Source: a virus
IMG/VR virus record: IMGVR_UViG_2716884767_000001
Span: 39,510-103,509 of that record
DNA length: 64,000 bases
Reading direction: 5' to 3' (one strand)
The notes below the pieces were generated by a model. That model made no database searches, was not told the origin of the DNA, and worked only from the letters and a program-made list of their open reading frames with translations. Position 1 is the first letter of the stretch; every line of letters begins with the position of its first letter. Made by a program: the position numbers and the translations under genes. Positions 40,046 through 49,077 of this stretch are shown in pieces.

Positions 40046-41143
40046 ATGGCAGATGCTAAAGGGTTTCTTACTGGTGGTGAGCAAACAACTATTAATGCCA
40101 CAATAACAGAATTATTTCCAGCACTCGCATTTAATACTGGAAATAATCCTAAAACACCAGAAGAAATGCAACAGTTAGTAACAGAAATGAATTTGCAGGA
40201 TAGTGGTGCACAAGAATCATTTGTTGCTAAGTCGAATGTTTTATCTGCGAGGGAGTATATAAGTCAAATTGATAGAATTAAACCTGTCACTAGAAATACT
40301 AAGTTGCAAAATTCTATTGCAATTTTGGATTGGATTAAAAAATACGATAAGGACAGAAAAATTGAAAAAGTTGTTTGGGGATATAGGCAGAAACCAAAAG
40401 GAGTTCCAGACAATCACTCTGGAGACATATTTTTAATATTTAAAAACACAAAAATTGAACCAAAGATAATTGGAATTAGTTTGAAAGCAGGTACAAAATC
40501 CTCCAAAGAACCTAAACTAAACTCTTATGTTGGAACTACTCTAAGAAAATCTATGTGGCAGAAAGCATATCCAAATGCCATGACTCAATTGAAAGATAAA
40601 TTATGGAGTGATGTATATTCTAAAGTCCCAAATTTACCCAAAACTGTAAAGAAAGATAATTGGTTGACACTTTCATCAACAAGACAGATTCCTAATAAGA
40701 TACTTCAAGAAAAAATTTTAAAGTTATTCAAATATGATCCTTTAATGTTTGATGCTTTATATTCTAGAATGAATACGATATGTAGAAATAAGTTATGTGA
40801 TATGATAAATGGAAATCTGAATGCGACAAAGGAATGGATAGAGCAGGAATTTAGATTAGAAAAAAAAGATGTGAAAGTTCCAATGGTATTAGTGAAAGCG
40901 ATTGGTGATAAAGCAGAATCACAATCCACCGATCCTTTGAGAGATTTTCTTCCTTCTGTAACTTCAGTGAATGCTTACATAGATAAACAATCTGTTCAAG
41001 AGTGGTTTATTGATTTGATGGGTGATAACGGTAAAAAAATGACACTTACTATGACTATAAGAAGCGACTCCGAATACCGAGAGGCAAAACAAAAAGGTAA
41101 GTTAGGTGCTTTTATGATGCTCAAACTATTGTATAGAGGTTAA
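40046..41143 (+). CDS. putative PD-(D/E)XK-fold nuclease
   Basis: TELFP...HSGDIFLIF...IIGISLKAG. Confidence 0.55.
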   Translation: MADAKGFLTGGEQTTINATITELFPALAFNTGNNPKTPEEMQQLVTEMNLQDSGAQESFVAKSNVLSAREYISQIDRIKPVTRNTKLQNSIAILDWIKKYDKDRKIEKVVWGYRQKPKGVPDNHSGDIFLIFKNTKIEPKIIGISLKAGTKSSKEPKLNSYVGTTLRKSMWQKAYPNAMTQLKDKLWSDVYSKVPNLPKTVKKDNWLTLSSTRQIPNKILQEKILKLFKYDPLMFDALYSRMNTICRNKLCDMINGNLNATKEWIEQEFRLEKKDVKVPMVLVKAIGDKAESQSTDPLRDFLPSVTSVNAYIDKQSVQEWFIDLMGDNGKKMTLTMTIRSDSEYREAKQKGKLGAFMMLKLLYRG

Positions 41144-41144
41144 A

Positions 41145-42689
41145 ATGGCAGAAAAAATAAACAGTCAAACTATAATAAATTATCTTTCCAATTTAGGTAA
41201 AAAGGATTCTAAAGGAAAAATATTATTTCAGAGAGTTTTATTTGATACAAAAACTACAAAAATTGGTGTGGAAATTATATTAGATAGTCCTGATACTGAA
41301 CCAATTGTAAAAAACTTTAAAAGTCAAATGATAAAAACTTTGATGGAAGAATTTAAAGGTCTTTTACAGAAAACTGATAAATTATTACCTAAAATAGGTA
41401 AGGTAGTTAGATTAAGATATTCTGATAATGGTGCTAAATTTATTGATTTTGAAATTAGAGAGTATCCTAAAAAAGGTAAGTCAGGTGCTTTACCACCAAA
41501 AATATCAGAACCTGCAACCATGCTCATATTGAATGCAGCATTAGAATCAAAAGGTCAAAAATTTAAAACCGAAGATGATATTTTTGTCAGTGATGTTTAT
41601 AAAGATTTGGAAAAACTTTTTGGTAGAACATGGGGACATAAGTTAAATGAATGGATTTATACCTTTCTCAAACAAAATCAATTATTTTTTGATAATTATT
41701 CAAGTGTTAATTGGGCACCATTTAAACATAAAGATTATCGAAAACAGAGAGATCCTCAAGTATTCTTCAAGGAACATTTAAAAAATTTAGAGAGAGCACC
41801 TGGTGTTAAAGCAGGAACTTATGAACAATGGAACCCCTCCGATTTGTATGCTGTGAAAACGAAAGAATTAAAAACACTTGAAAAAGATATTAAAGAAGCT
41901 AGTTCAGCACCAAATGCAAATACATTGTTAAAACTAAATTCTGATTTAATTACTTTGATGGAGAAAAATGAATTGGTAGGAATATCCTTAAAAAAAATAC
42001 AATCTGGGGATAAAGCAACATTTAAAATATTTAACGTAGAAAATTCTAAATTGTTATCTGCTCTAAAATCATTTAAAGCACTTGAAGAATTTGATATGAA
42101 AGATATTAATTTTTCATTAAAAAATTTATTTCAAAACTTTTTCTTCAAAGGTGCTCCAGCAGCAACTACCTCTATTTTTTTCGGTGGTAAAGATGCAGCG
42201 TCCTCAAAATTTAAAATAGATATTACTCGATCAGGTGATGCTCTTGTTTGGAACACAAACATACCGAGTTCTAGAGGTGCTCAAGGTGGGCAAACGCCAA
42301 GAGGAGTGGTTATTAACATGTTAGGTTCTAGGGCATCTTTTAAAAATAAATATATTGATTATCCTAAAGATGCTGGTGAATTCATGAAAATTTTAGAAAA
42401 ACCAAATTCATCAGAGTATAAAACATATCACAAGTGGTTTGATTTTTGCTACAAACATCCTAAAAATGATTTTAAATCACCAGTAGCATTTGATCAATGG
42501 GCAGATAGTGTGTTGGAAGCATATGAGAATCGTGCAAAAGTAGGTAAAACTAAATTAGCACTTTTAAATTTTTGGTATGATGCACTTAGCAACTATGATA
42601 AGAAACATCAATTTTGGACGGATTTATTATATTTTGGATTGAAGATTACAGAAAAAGGACAATTTGCTCCTCACGCAAAGATATCATAA
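41145..42689 (+). CDS. putative PD-(D/E)XK-fold nuclease
   Basis: SEPAT...WNPSDLYAV...LVGISLKK; C-term FAPHAKIS. Confidence 0.55.
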   Translation: MAEKINSQTIINYLSNLGKKDSKGKILFQRVLFDTKTTKIGVEIILDSPDTEPIVKNFKSQMIKTLMEEFKGLLQKTDKLLPKIGKVVRLRYSDNGAKFIDFEIREYPKKGKSGALPPKISEPATMLILNAALESKGQKFKTEDDIFVSDVYKDLEKLFGRTWGHKLNEWIYTFLKQNQLFFDNYSSVNWAPFKHKDYRKQRDPQVFFKEHLKNLERAPGVKAGTYEQWNPSDLYAVKTKELKTLEKDIKEASSAPNANTLLKLNSDLITLMEKNELVGISLKKIQSGDKATFKIFNVENSKLLSALKSFKALEEFDMKDINFSLKNLFQNFFFKGAPAATTSIFFGGKDAASSKFKIDITRSGDALVWNTNIPSSRGAQGGQTPRGVVINMLGSRASFKNKYIDYPKDAGEFMKILEKPNSSEYKTYHKWFDFCYKHPKNDFKSPVAFDQWADSVLEAYENRAKVGKTKLALLNFWYDALSNYDKKHQFWTDLLYFGLKITEKGQFAPHAKIS

Positions 42690-42913
42690 TGAATAAAACC
42701 ATCGACCAATTAATACAATCCTTTGAACCTCGGTCAAAGAATCGAAAACAAATCTTTAATGATTTTCTACATCATTGTTTTATGACCATAGATAGAATGA
42801 TTACTTCTGAAAAACGCAAACGTAATCAAGATAAATATATTATTATGAGGCAAAATCTCATTAACTATCTTATCGCCAACGAAAGAAAAGTAACATCCAA
42901 ACTTTATCGATGA
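42689..42913 (+). CDS. hypothetical protein
   Basis: TAATG and ATGA coupling. Confidence 0.6.
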   Translation: MNKTIDQLIQSFEPRSKNRKQIFNDFLHHCFMTIDRMITSEKRKRNQDKYIIMRQNLINYLIANERKVTSKLYR

Positions 42914-44109
42914 AATCATTTTTCCAATTTTTCACTGAATCACAGGCAGTTCAACAAGCCACACGTATGGGTTTGAAGAGTGATGGTCATGGAGGATGGT
43001 ATGATAAACAAGGTGAGTTTGTTGCAAAGACAGAAAGAGGACAATTAAAATTCTTCAATAAGAGACAGAGAATAGGTAAGCAAGATCCACCACAATCAGA
43101 TAGAGAAAAGAAATTATCACAGACTACGACTGAAAAAGATAAACCAATTGAAATGGTTCCTCCAGAAGTAGAAAAAACTAAAGGAACTTTAACCATTGCA
43201 TTTGGTAGATTTAATCCACCTACTACAGGACATGAAAAACTTTTAGATTCAGTGGCAACATCATCTGATGATGGAGACTATGTAATCATACCATCAAGAA
43301 GTCAGGATAAGAAAAAAAATCCTTTAGATCCTGATATGAAAGTATCTGCAATGCAACAGATGTTTCCAAAACATAAGAATAAGATTATAAATGATGCAGG
43401 TAATCGTACGATATTTGATGTATTAAAGAAGGCACATACTGATGGTTATGCGAATGTAAGAATTGTGGGTGGTAGTGATCGTGTCGCAGAGTTTGAAAAA
43501 CTTACTGGAACTTACAATGGTAAACTTTACAATTTTGATAATATTGAAGTTCGTTCTGCTGGTAATCGTGATGCCGATTCTGATGATGTATCTGGTATGT
43601 CTGCATCGAAACAAAGAAAGGCAGCAGCAGAAAATGATTTTGAAGGTTTCTTAAGAGGTGTTCCAACTTCAATGAACAAGAAGATCGCAAAAGACTTATT
43701 TAATAATGTAAGAAAAGGAATGAATATCAAAGAGGGTTGGAACTTATGGCAGATCGCACCTAAGTTTGATTGGAAAAATTTAAGAGAAAATTATGTTAAT
43801 AAAAAGATATTCAATATGGGAGAAATTGTAGAGAATGTAAACACTGGTTTAATTGGTAAAATTATTCGTAGAGGAACAAGTTATTTAATATGTGTTACAG
43901 AGGATAAAATCATGTTCAAATCATGGATTAAAGACGTATCTGAATCGGTTGTAAATGGCACTGAAGTTGGAGGAGTTCCACCAGATCAAAGATTAATTGG
44001 CACTGATTCTCATCGTAAATATGTAGAGACAATGGTACCTGGTTCTTCCTACGGGAAACATTTCATAAATAAATATAGAAAAAAGAAAATTGACACAAAA
44101 AATGGGTAA
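42910..44109 (+). CDS. cytidylyltransferase-like (HxGH) nucleotidyltransferase with capsid-targeting-like N-terminus
   Basis: FGRFNPPTTGHEKL, KNPL, VGGSDR, MSASKQR; start MKSFFQFFTE. Confidence 0.85.
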   Translation: MKSFFQFFTESQAVQQATRMGLKSDGHGGWYDKQGEFVAKTERGQLKFFNKRQRIGKQDPPQSDREKKLSQTTTEKDKPIEMVPPEVEKTKGTLTIAFGRFNPPTTGHEKLLDSVATSSDDGDYVIIPSRSQDKKKNPLDPDMKVSAMQQMFPKHKNKIINDAGNRTIFDVLKKAHTDGYANVRIVGGSDRVAEFEKLTGTYNGKLYNFDNIEVRSAGNRDADSDDVSGMSASKQRKAAAENDFEGFLRGVPTSMNKKIAKDLFNNVRKGMNIKEGWNLWQIAPKFDWKNLRENYVNKKIFNMGEIVENVNTGLIGKIIRRGTSYLICVTEDKIMFKSWIKDVSESVVNGTEVGGVPPDQRLIGTDSHRKYVETMVPGSSYGKHFINKYRKKKIDTKNG

Positions 44110-45946
44110 CATAATATCTGAAGATGCTGCAAAACCAGTACAATCTGGAGCGGGTGCTGCCGATAAAATTCGTAAATCTGCACGTCAACTTGCGTATGAT
44201 GTTAGATATAAAGTCAAGCAAGGATTTAAGGACGGTCAGAAAGCTGATCCAGTTTCACTAAAAAGAGCATACTTGTCTCAACTTGGAAAGTCACCTGCAC
44301 CAGGTAATGTAAAGCAGTTGGCTAAAAAAATGTTAGTTGGTGAAGAGTATGATTTTGTAGATGTGTCAAATAGTATTTCAAAATTAGTTAATAAAGCATT
44401 TGTAGAGCATCATCAGAAAGATAAAGATGGTAATACAATTCCACATGAAGATGAGATAAAGGAAGAGTCTGAAGGTGGTAAGTATAAGATTCGTGTCAAA
44501 GATAAGAAAACTGGTAAGTCATATGTTCGTATGGCAACTCGTGATAAAATTTCAGAATTAAGAAAGAATCCAAATATTGCATCCGTTGAGATGACAGGAT
44601 ATGGAACTCCTTATGAAGGTGAGAAGAAAAAAGGTGAACAGACTGCAAAAACAAAATCAGGTAAAGGTTTAGATCCAGTTGGTAAAGAAGATGGTGATAT
44701 CAATAATGACGGTAAGAAAGATAAGACAGACTCATATCTTATGAATCGTCGTAAGGCTATTGGTAAGGCAATGGCAAAAGAAGAATTTATCGGTGAGGTT
44801 GCAGAAACTGATAAACCAGATGCGAATACTAAAAAAATGGACGTAATGAAAGGTAAGAATAAAATCAAAATTAATCCTGATATGAAAGAAGAGAAACATA
44901 ATGATAAGAAAAAGGGTGAAGAGGATGAAGGTAGTTTTGATGCAATGAAAGATTTGAAACCAAAAGAAGGTGATGATCCAAGATCTATGCCTACTCTTGT
45001 AAATCTTATGAAGAATAAGTTAAGAGCGAAAGGTTTGAACATGTCATTTAAACTAAACGGTGAATTAGTTGATGAGATGTATGGTTCTGGTGGTGAAGAA
45101 AAACCTGACAAATCAATCGAAACTCAGGAAAAGAAAGCAAACCAGATTAAAAAAATGGTATTGCGTAAGAAAATTCAGGCAGTATCTTCTGGTGCAGGAA
45201 AAGAAATCATGGCATCTCATGAACCAGAAGGAGAATCTATCACAGAAGATCCTGATAAACTTGCTGATAAAGCATATGAAAGAGCAAAAACAATAGGTGC
45301 TAGAAGAAGAAGTTCTTACGAGTATAGAAAAAAAGGTAGTTTTGGACCAGGTAAGAATGAAAGAGCAGGATACAACTTATCTCAATCACAAAAAAGTCGT
45401 AATCGATCAGCAGCAACTCAAGGTGGACCTCAAACAGGTGGTGGTTCAAAATCATTCGGATTTGCTAAAAACAAAAGCAACCCCATAAAATCCAGAAGTG
45501 GTTATGATTCTGGTGCTGAAGGGCATCGTAAGAAAAGAGACGAGAAAGTTACCACTAAGAAGGATGGAAAGACACCTTTGAAGACACCTCGTTATAAGAT
45601 GAGTGCTAAACAGAGAATAGATCATCATAGTTCTAGAAGACAAGAACTAAAAGATCCTAAAAAGAATCCAAAGCATACTGCTAATACAAAGAAAGAGGGT
45701 TATGTATTATCAGCAGTTCAAGCACTTGATTCAATAGTAAAAAAAAACTTTAATTTAGGTGAGGAAGGGTACGATATCGCAAGAGATCAAGGAAGGGTAA
45801 GACCATCCAAGGATAAGAAAGACGGAACTTCATATCCACCAAGTGAAGAAATGAAAAAGACACAGAAGGTAAACACAGGACCTTCTGCACTTGATAGGGT
45901 GAAGAAGAAGTATGGCAAGGCTGTTATGGATATGGGTAAAAAGTAA
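44102..45946 (+). CDS. large Lys/Glu-rich modular protein
   Basis: Late motif CATAAATAAATA at 44064-44075; DxNxDG loop; modules separated by xxE/xEE. Confidence 0.75.
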   Translation: MGNIISEDAAKPVQSGAGAADKIRKSARQLAYDVRYKVKQGFKDGQKADPVSLKRAYLSQLGKSPAPGNVKQLAKKMLVGEEYDFVDVSNSISKLVNKAFVEHHQKDKDGNTIPHEDEIKEESEGGKYKIRVKDKKTGKSYVRMATRDKISELRKNPNIASVEMTGYGTPYEGEKKKGEQTAKTKSGKGLDPVGKEDGDINNDGKKDKTDSYLMNRRKAIGKAMAKEEFIGEVAETDKPDANTKKMDVMKGKNKIKINPDMKEEKHNDKKKGEEDEGSFDAMKDLKPKEGDDPRSMPTLVNLMKNKLRAKGLNMSFKLNGELVDEMYGSGGEEKPDKSIETQEKKANQIKKMVLRKKIQAVSSGAGKEIMASHEPEGESITEDPDKLADKAYERAKTIGARRRSSYEYRKKGSFGPGKNERAGYNLSQSQKSRNRSAATQGGPQTGGGSKSFGFAKNKSNPIKSRSGYDSGAEGHRKKRDEKVTTKKDGKTPLKTPRYKMSAKQRIDHHSSRRQELKDPKKNPKHTANTKKEGYVLSAVQALDSIVKKNFNLGEEGYDIARDQGRVRPSKDKKDGTSYPPSEEMKKTQKVNTGPSALDRVKKKYGKAVMDMGKK

Positions 45947-46800
45947 TGCCAGCACTATCTAAGAAACAACAAAAGTTTTTTGGAATTGTTCGTGCTATAC
46001 AAAAAGGGGAGCAAGCACCAACAACACCTGAGACTGCAAAGGCAGCCGCAGACATGAAAAAAAGTGATGTGAAAAAGTTTGCATCCACAAAACATAAAGG
46101 TCTTCCTGAGAAGAAGGTTACGAAGGAAGAATTGGATAAGAATGACAAACCTTTTGTAAAACACTTAGTCAAGAAACTAAGGAGTGGTTCTAAAACACAT
46201 GCCAAACAAGCAGATGATTTAGAAAAAGCAATGAAGGAAGAGTCAAATCCTCGCATACCCAGAAAGAAGGGTCAACCTGCTAACTCAAAGAAACACTCTG
46301 ACTTGTATACAGATGAAAATCCTAAAGGAACTATTCACGGACTCGGTTTTAAGAACGTGGATACTGCTAAAGCATCTGTCTCAAAAATACGTAATTCTTC
46401 AAGATCTCATGCTCATAAAATTCAAGCGGCAGTTGCTATGGAGCAAAGAGCAAGAGAAATGGGTAAAACCTCTGAGGCAGCAGTCTACAGAAAATTCATC
46501 AACTCGATGAAAAAGAAAACTAAAAAAATGAACGAAGCAGCAAACCCTGCACAACAAGCTGCTATCGCAATCAGTATGAAGAAAAAAGGTCAGAAACCTA
46601 AGAATTTTAAAGAACAGTTAACATATAAGCATTTTGTAAACAAAGCAAAAGAATCTTCAACAAGAGTGGCAAAAAATAAAGAAAGGCAGAGAGAGATGAA
46701 TGCCATGGCTGCCTATAAAGATAAAAAAGAGAAAGGCATTAAGTTTTACGACAAGAAAGGAACAGGTAGAATTAAGGCAGGTAAAAAAGTTTACGATTAG
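45946..46800 (+). CDS. Lys-rich modular protein
   Basis: MPALSKKQQKFFG...FASTKHKGLPEK; HSDLYTDENPKGTIHGLGF; AANPAQQAAIAI modules. Confidence 0.75.
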   Translation: MPALSKKQQKFFGIVRAIQKGEQAPTTPETAKAAADMKKSDVKKFASTKHKGLPEKKVTKEELDKNDKPFVKHLVKKLRSGSKTHAKQADDLEKAMKEESNPRIPRKKGQPANSKKHSDLYTDENPKGTIHGLGFKNVDTAKASVSKIRNSSRSHAHKIQAAVAMEQRAREMGKTSEAAVYRKFINSMKKKTKKMNEAANPAQQAAIAISMKKKGQKPKNFKEQLTYKHFVNKAKESSTRVAKNKERQREMNAMAAYKDKKEKGIKFYDKKGTGRIKAGKKVYD

Positions 46801-46831
46801 TTGCTATATAATATAGTATACTTTTGTAATC

Positions 46832-47026
46832 ATGCTTTCATTTTTACTACCATTTGCATCAAAAATTATTAGTGATGCAGTAAACAAGATTCCCGATGAC
46901 GCAGAACTCGGAGAAAAATTAATCGACATATGCCTTGTAATCATAGGAAAGGCAGTTAAATTGACCAAAACCGATGCAGACGATAAATTATTTGCACAGG
47001 TAGAAAAGGCAATTAAATCACGTTAA
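46832..47026 (+). CDS. small helical hypothetical protein
   Basis: KAVKLTKTDADDKL. Confidence 0.65.
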   Translation: MLSFLLPFASKIISDAVNKIPDDAELGEKLIDICLVIIGKAVKLTKTDADDKLFAQVEKAIKSR

Positions 47027-47037
47027 TTTCAGACTTA

Positions 47038-47045
47038 TATAAATA
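47038..47045 (+). promoter_or_regulatory. late promoter TATAAATA
   Basis: Exact consensus. Confidence 0.8.
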
Positions 47046-47078
47046 TCTTTAGAAAAGAATTATTAATAGGTAAAAAAC

Positions 47079-47630
47079 ATGTCTCTTTGGGGAAATTCCG
47101 ATAATGTAACGTCACGAGGGACTGTATCACTCGATTATAGTACAGGACAGGTTACAGGTAATGCAGGTGGAAGTGGCACTCAGTTTGGTACTGCTGGATC
47201 TGCTCAAGTTGGTAATGTTATAAGGTTTGGTCTTGTGGGGGGAACTTATTTTGGTGACGCTGTTATCACAGGCATTACTAGTGCTAGAGTATTAACCATA
47301 GGTTCTACTGCTGGATTATCAGGAGCAGCAATTGCTTCTACTGATTTCTTTGTGAGTGAACTTCCAAAATATACTGTATTGGATTCTACTTATAGTGAAA
47401 AATCAACTACTGCTGACAGAAGAGTTTATGGTATAACCACAACTACAGATTATTATGATAATAGTGGTGCATTCAGAATTGATGGTGCTGGATGGGTTGG
47501 TGTTACTACATATATGCAAAGCAATCCTGATGGAACTACTACATTAAGAGTTAAATCTGAAATACTTGTTGCAGGATCTGGTATTTCAACTGGTGCAAAC
47601 AGTATCTTATATCCAACTAACGAAGGTTAA
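47079..47630 (+). CDS. probable virion structural protein
   Basis: MSLWG start, Gly/Thr/Ser-rich, AGWVG...RVKSEILVA; late promoter. Confidence 0.7.
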   Translation: MSLWGNSDNVTSRGTVSLDYSTGQVTGNAGGSGTQFGTAGSAQVGNVIRFGLVGGTYFGDAVITGITSARVLTIGSTAGLSGAAIASTDFFVSELPKYTVLDSTYSEKSTTADRRVYGITTTTDYYDNSGAFRIDGAGWVGVTTYMQSNPDGTTTLRVKSEILVAGSGISTGANSILYPTNEG

Positions 47631-47645
47631 TTTTTGTAATATGAT

Positions 47646-48017
47646 ATGAAATTTGATGAATTGAATGAGAGTAATTACATGCTCTTTGCTATAAAATTCT
47701 ATGATAATCCACAATCAGTCACAAAAGAAGACTTTGAGGATGATTTGAAAAGAATTAAATATATTAAAAGATTGTTAAAAAGGTATCAAAATAATGGTGA
47801 ACTTAAAGTTCATCTGATACTTAATCATTTAACGGTCTTATTTAATGTCTTTAATGAGGCAACAGTGCCAATTTTGTTTTATAACTTAGAAAAAGATCTT
47901 TGGCCAAGTATTAAAAGTTTCTTAGTTTTTTTGGGTAGGATTCCTGAATATCCAAAAACTGAAATTAACGATATTGAAGAAGATCCTGAATGTCTATCTC
48001 AATTACGTTCACTATAA
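47646..48017 (+). CDS. conserved T4-like hypothetical protein
   Basis: FAIKFYDNP, DLKRIKYIKRLL, HLILNH. Confidence 0.8.
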   Translation: MKFDELNESNYMLFAIKFYDNPQSVTKEDFEDDLKRIKYIKRLLKRYQNNGELKVHLILNHLTVLFNVFNEATVPILFYNLEKDLWPSIKSFLVFLGRIPEYPKTEINDIEEDPECLSQLRSL

Positions 48018-48217
48018 TGGATATTGATAAAGTTATTAAGAAGATTCGTCAATTGAAAGAAGAGATGGCTTCTGGTGGAATACCAGCCAATAATGCAAGT
48101 AGTGGTAACATCGCAGGTCTACCACCTGATAGTCCTCCTGTAAAACAGAAGAAAAGATACATATATTCAGGGAGGGGATCACGTAAAATGTGGTTGACAA
48201 ACAAGAAAAATGGATGA
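48017..48217 (+). CDS. hypothetical protein
   Basis: LKEE-MASGGIPANN...IAGLPPDSPPV. Confidence 0.65.
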   Translation: MDIDKVIKKIRQLKEEMASGGIPANNASSGNIAGLPPDSPPVKQKKRYIYSGRGSRKMWLTNKKNG

Positions 48218-48593
48218 CAATACGAACGTTAATGCAGCAATACTAGAAAGATTAGAAAAAGTTGTCGAATCTCTACAGGAAAACTCTGTAAAGATGGGGC
48301 AACTTCTTGCTGTTCATAATGAGAAGTTAGATAAGCAAGATCGTATTGATGCAGTATTGTTTGAGAAGATAGAGCAAGTAGACCAGAAATTAGATCGTCA
48401 CGCAGAGAGTATCAAGAAAGGATGTGAGAGGGATATCAAACTTGTAGATAACCGTTTAAGAGTTATAGAGAAGAAGATGTGGACAATCGCAGGTGCACTG
48501 ACTATTATCAGTTTTGTAGTATCACCGATTGGACAAAGATTTGTAAAAGGATTGACAACAACACCGCAACAGAGTATAATAATAGAAAAGTAA
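48210..48593 (+). CDS. coiled-coil protein with C-terminal TM
   Basis: LLAVHNEKL, IEKKMWTIAGALTIISFVV. Confidence 0.7.
   Translation: MDDNTNVNAAILERLEKVVESLQENSVKMGQLLAVHNEKLDKQDRIDAVLFEKIEQVDQKLDRHAESIKKGCERDIKLVDNRLRVIEKKMWTIAGALTIISFVVSPIGQRFVKGLTTTPQQSIIIEK
48552..48580 (+). promoter_or_regulatory. consensus sigma70 promoter
   Basis: TTGACA-N17-TATAAT upstream of cupin, primase and nrdAB. Confidence 0.8.
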
Positions 48594-48603
48594 TTACTTT
48601 GTA

Positions 48604-49077
48604 ATGAGTGAAGTTGAATTTAAGAAGCATCGTGTGTTCCGTGAGACACAGGATGTTATTTTTTATGATATATCTGTAGATGAATCAAATGCAGCAGATT
48701 TGGTTGTGCATACTGGGTCTGCCACATCTCCACCTGCTGATTGTGTAGGTGGTAAGCAGTTTTATATTCATGGGTTTCAAGATGATTATAATCGAGTTGT
48801 ATCTGGCGAGAGAACATTTGAACTAGTAAATCTTCAGTGGAAATATAAGTACCATATCGTACATCTCAATCGTCAAAGTGGTGCATTAGTTATACCTCGT
48901 GGAACTTTTCATCGATCTGTATCAGGAGAGAAAGGTTCGATTGTCATAAATCAGGCAAAAAGATATGAGGGATTCGATCCTCAGTCTGAATTTTATCCTG
49001 TATCCACTGCTGAGAATATGGATTTATACAATGTTCTGAAAAATGAGACACCAGTTGTGCATACTTTAGGTGAGTAA
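48604..49077 (+). CDS. cupin-like protein
   Basis: FYIHGFQDDYNRV, LVIPRGTFHRS. Confidence 0.7.
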   Translation: MSEVEFKKHRVFRETQDVIFYDISVDESNAADLVVHTGSATSPPADCVGGKQFYIHGFQDDYNRVVSGERTFELVNLQWKYKYHIVHLNRQSGALVIPRGTFHRSVSGEKGSIVINQAKRYEGFDPQSEFYPVSTAENMDLYNVLKNETPVVHTLGE

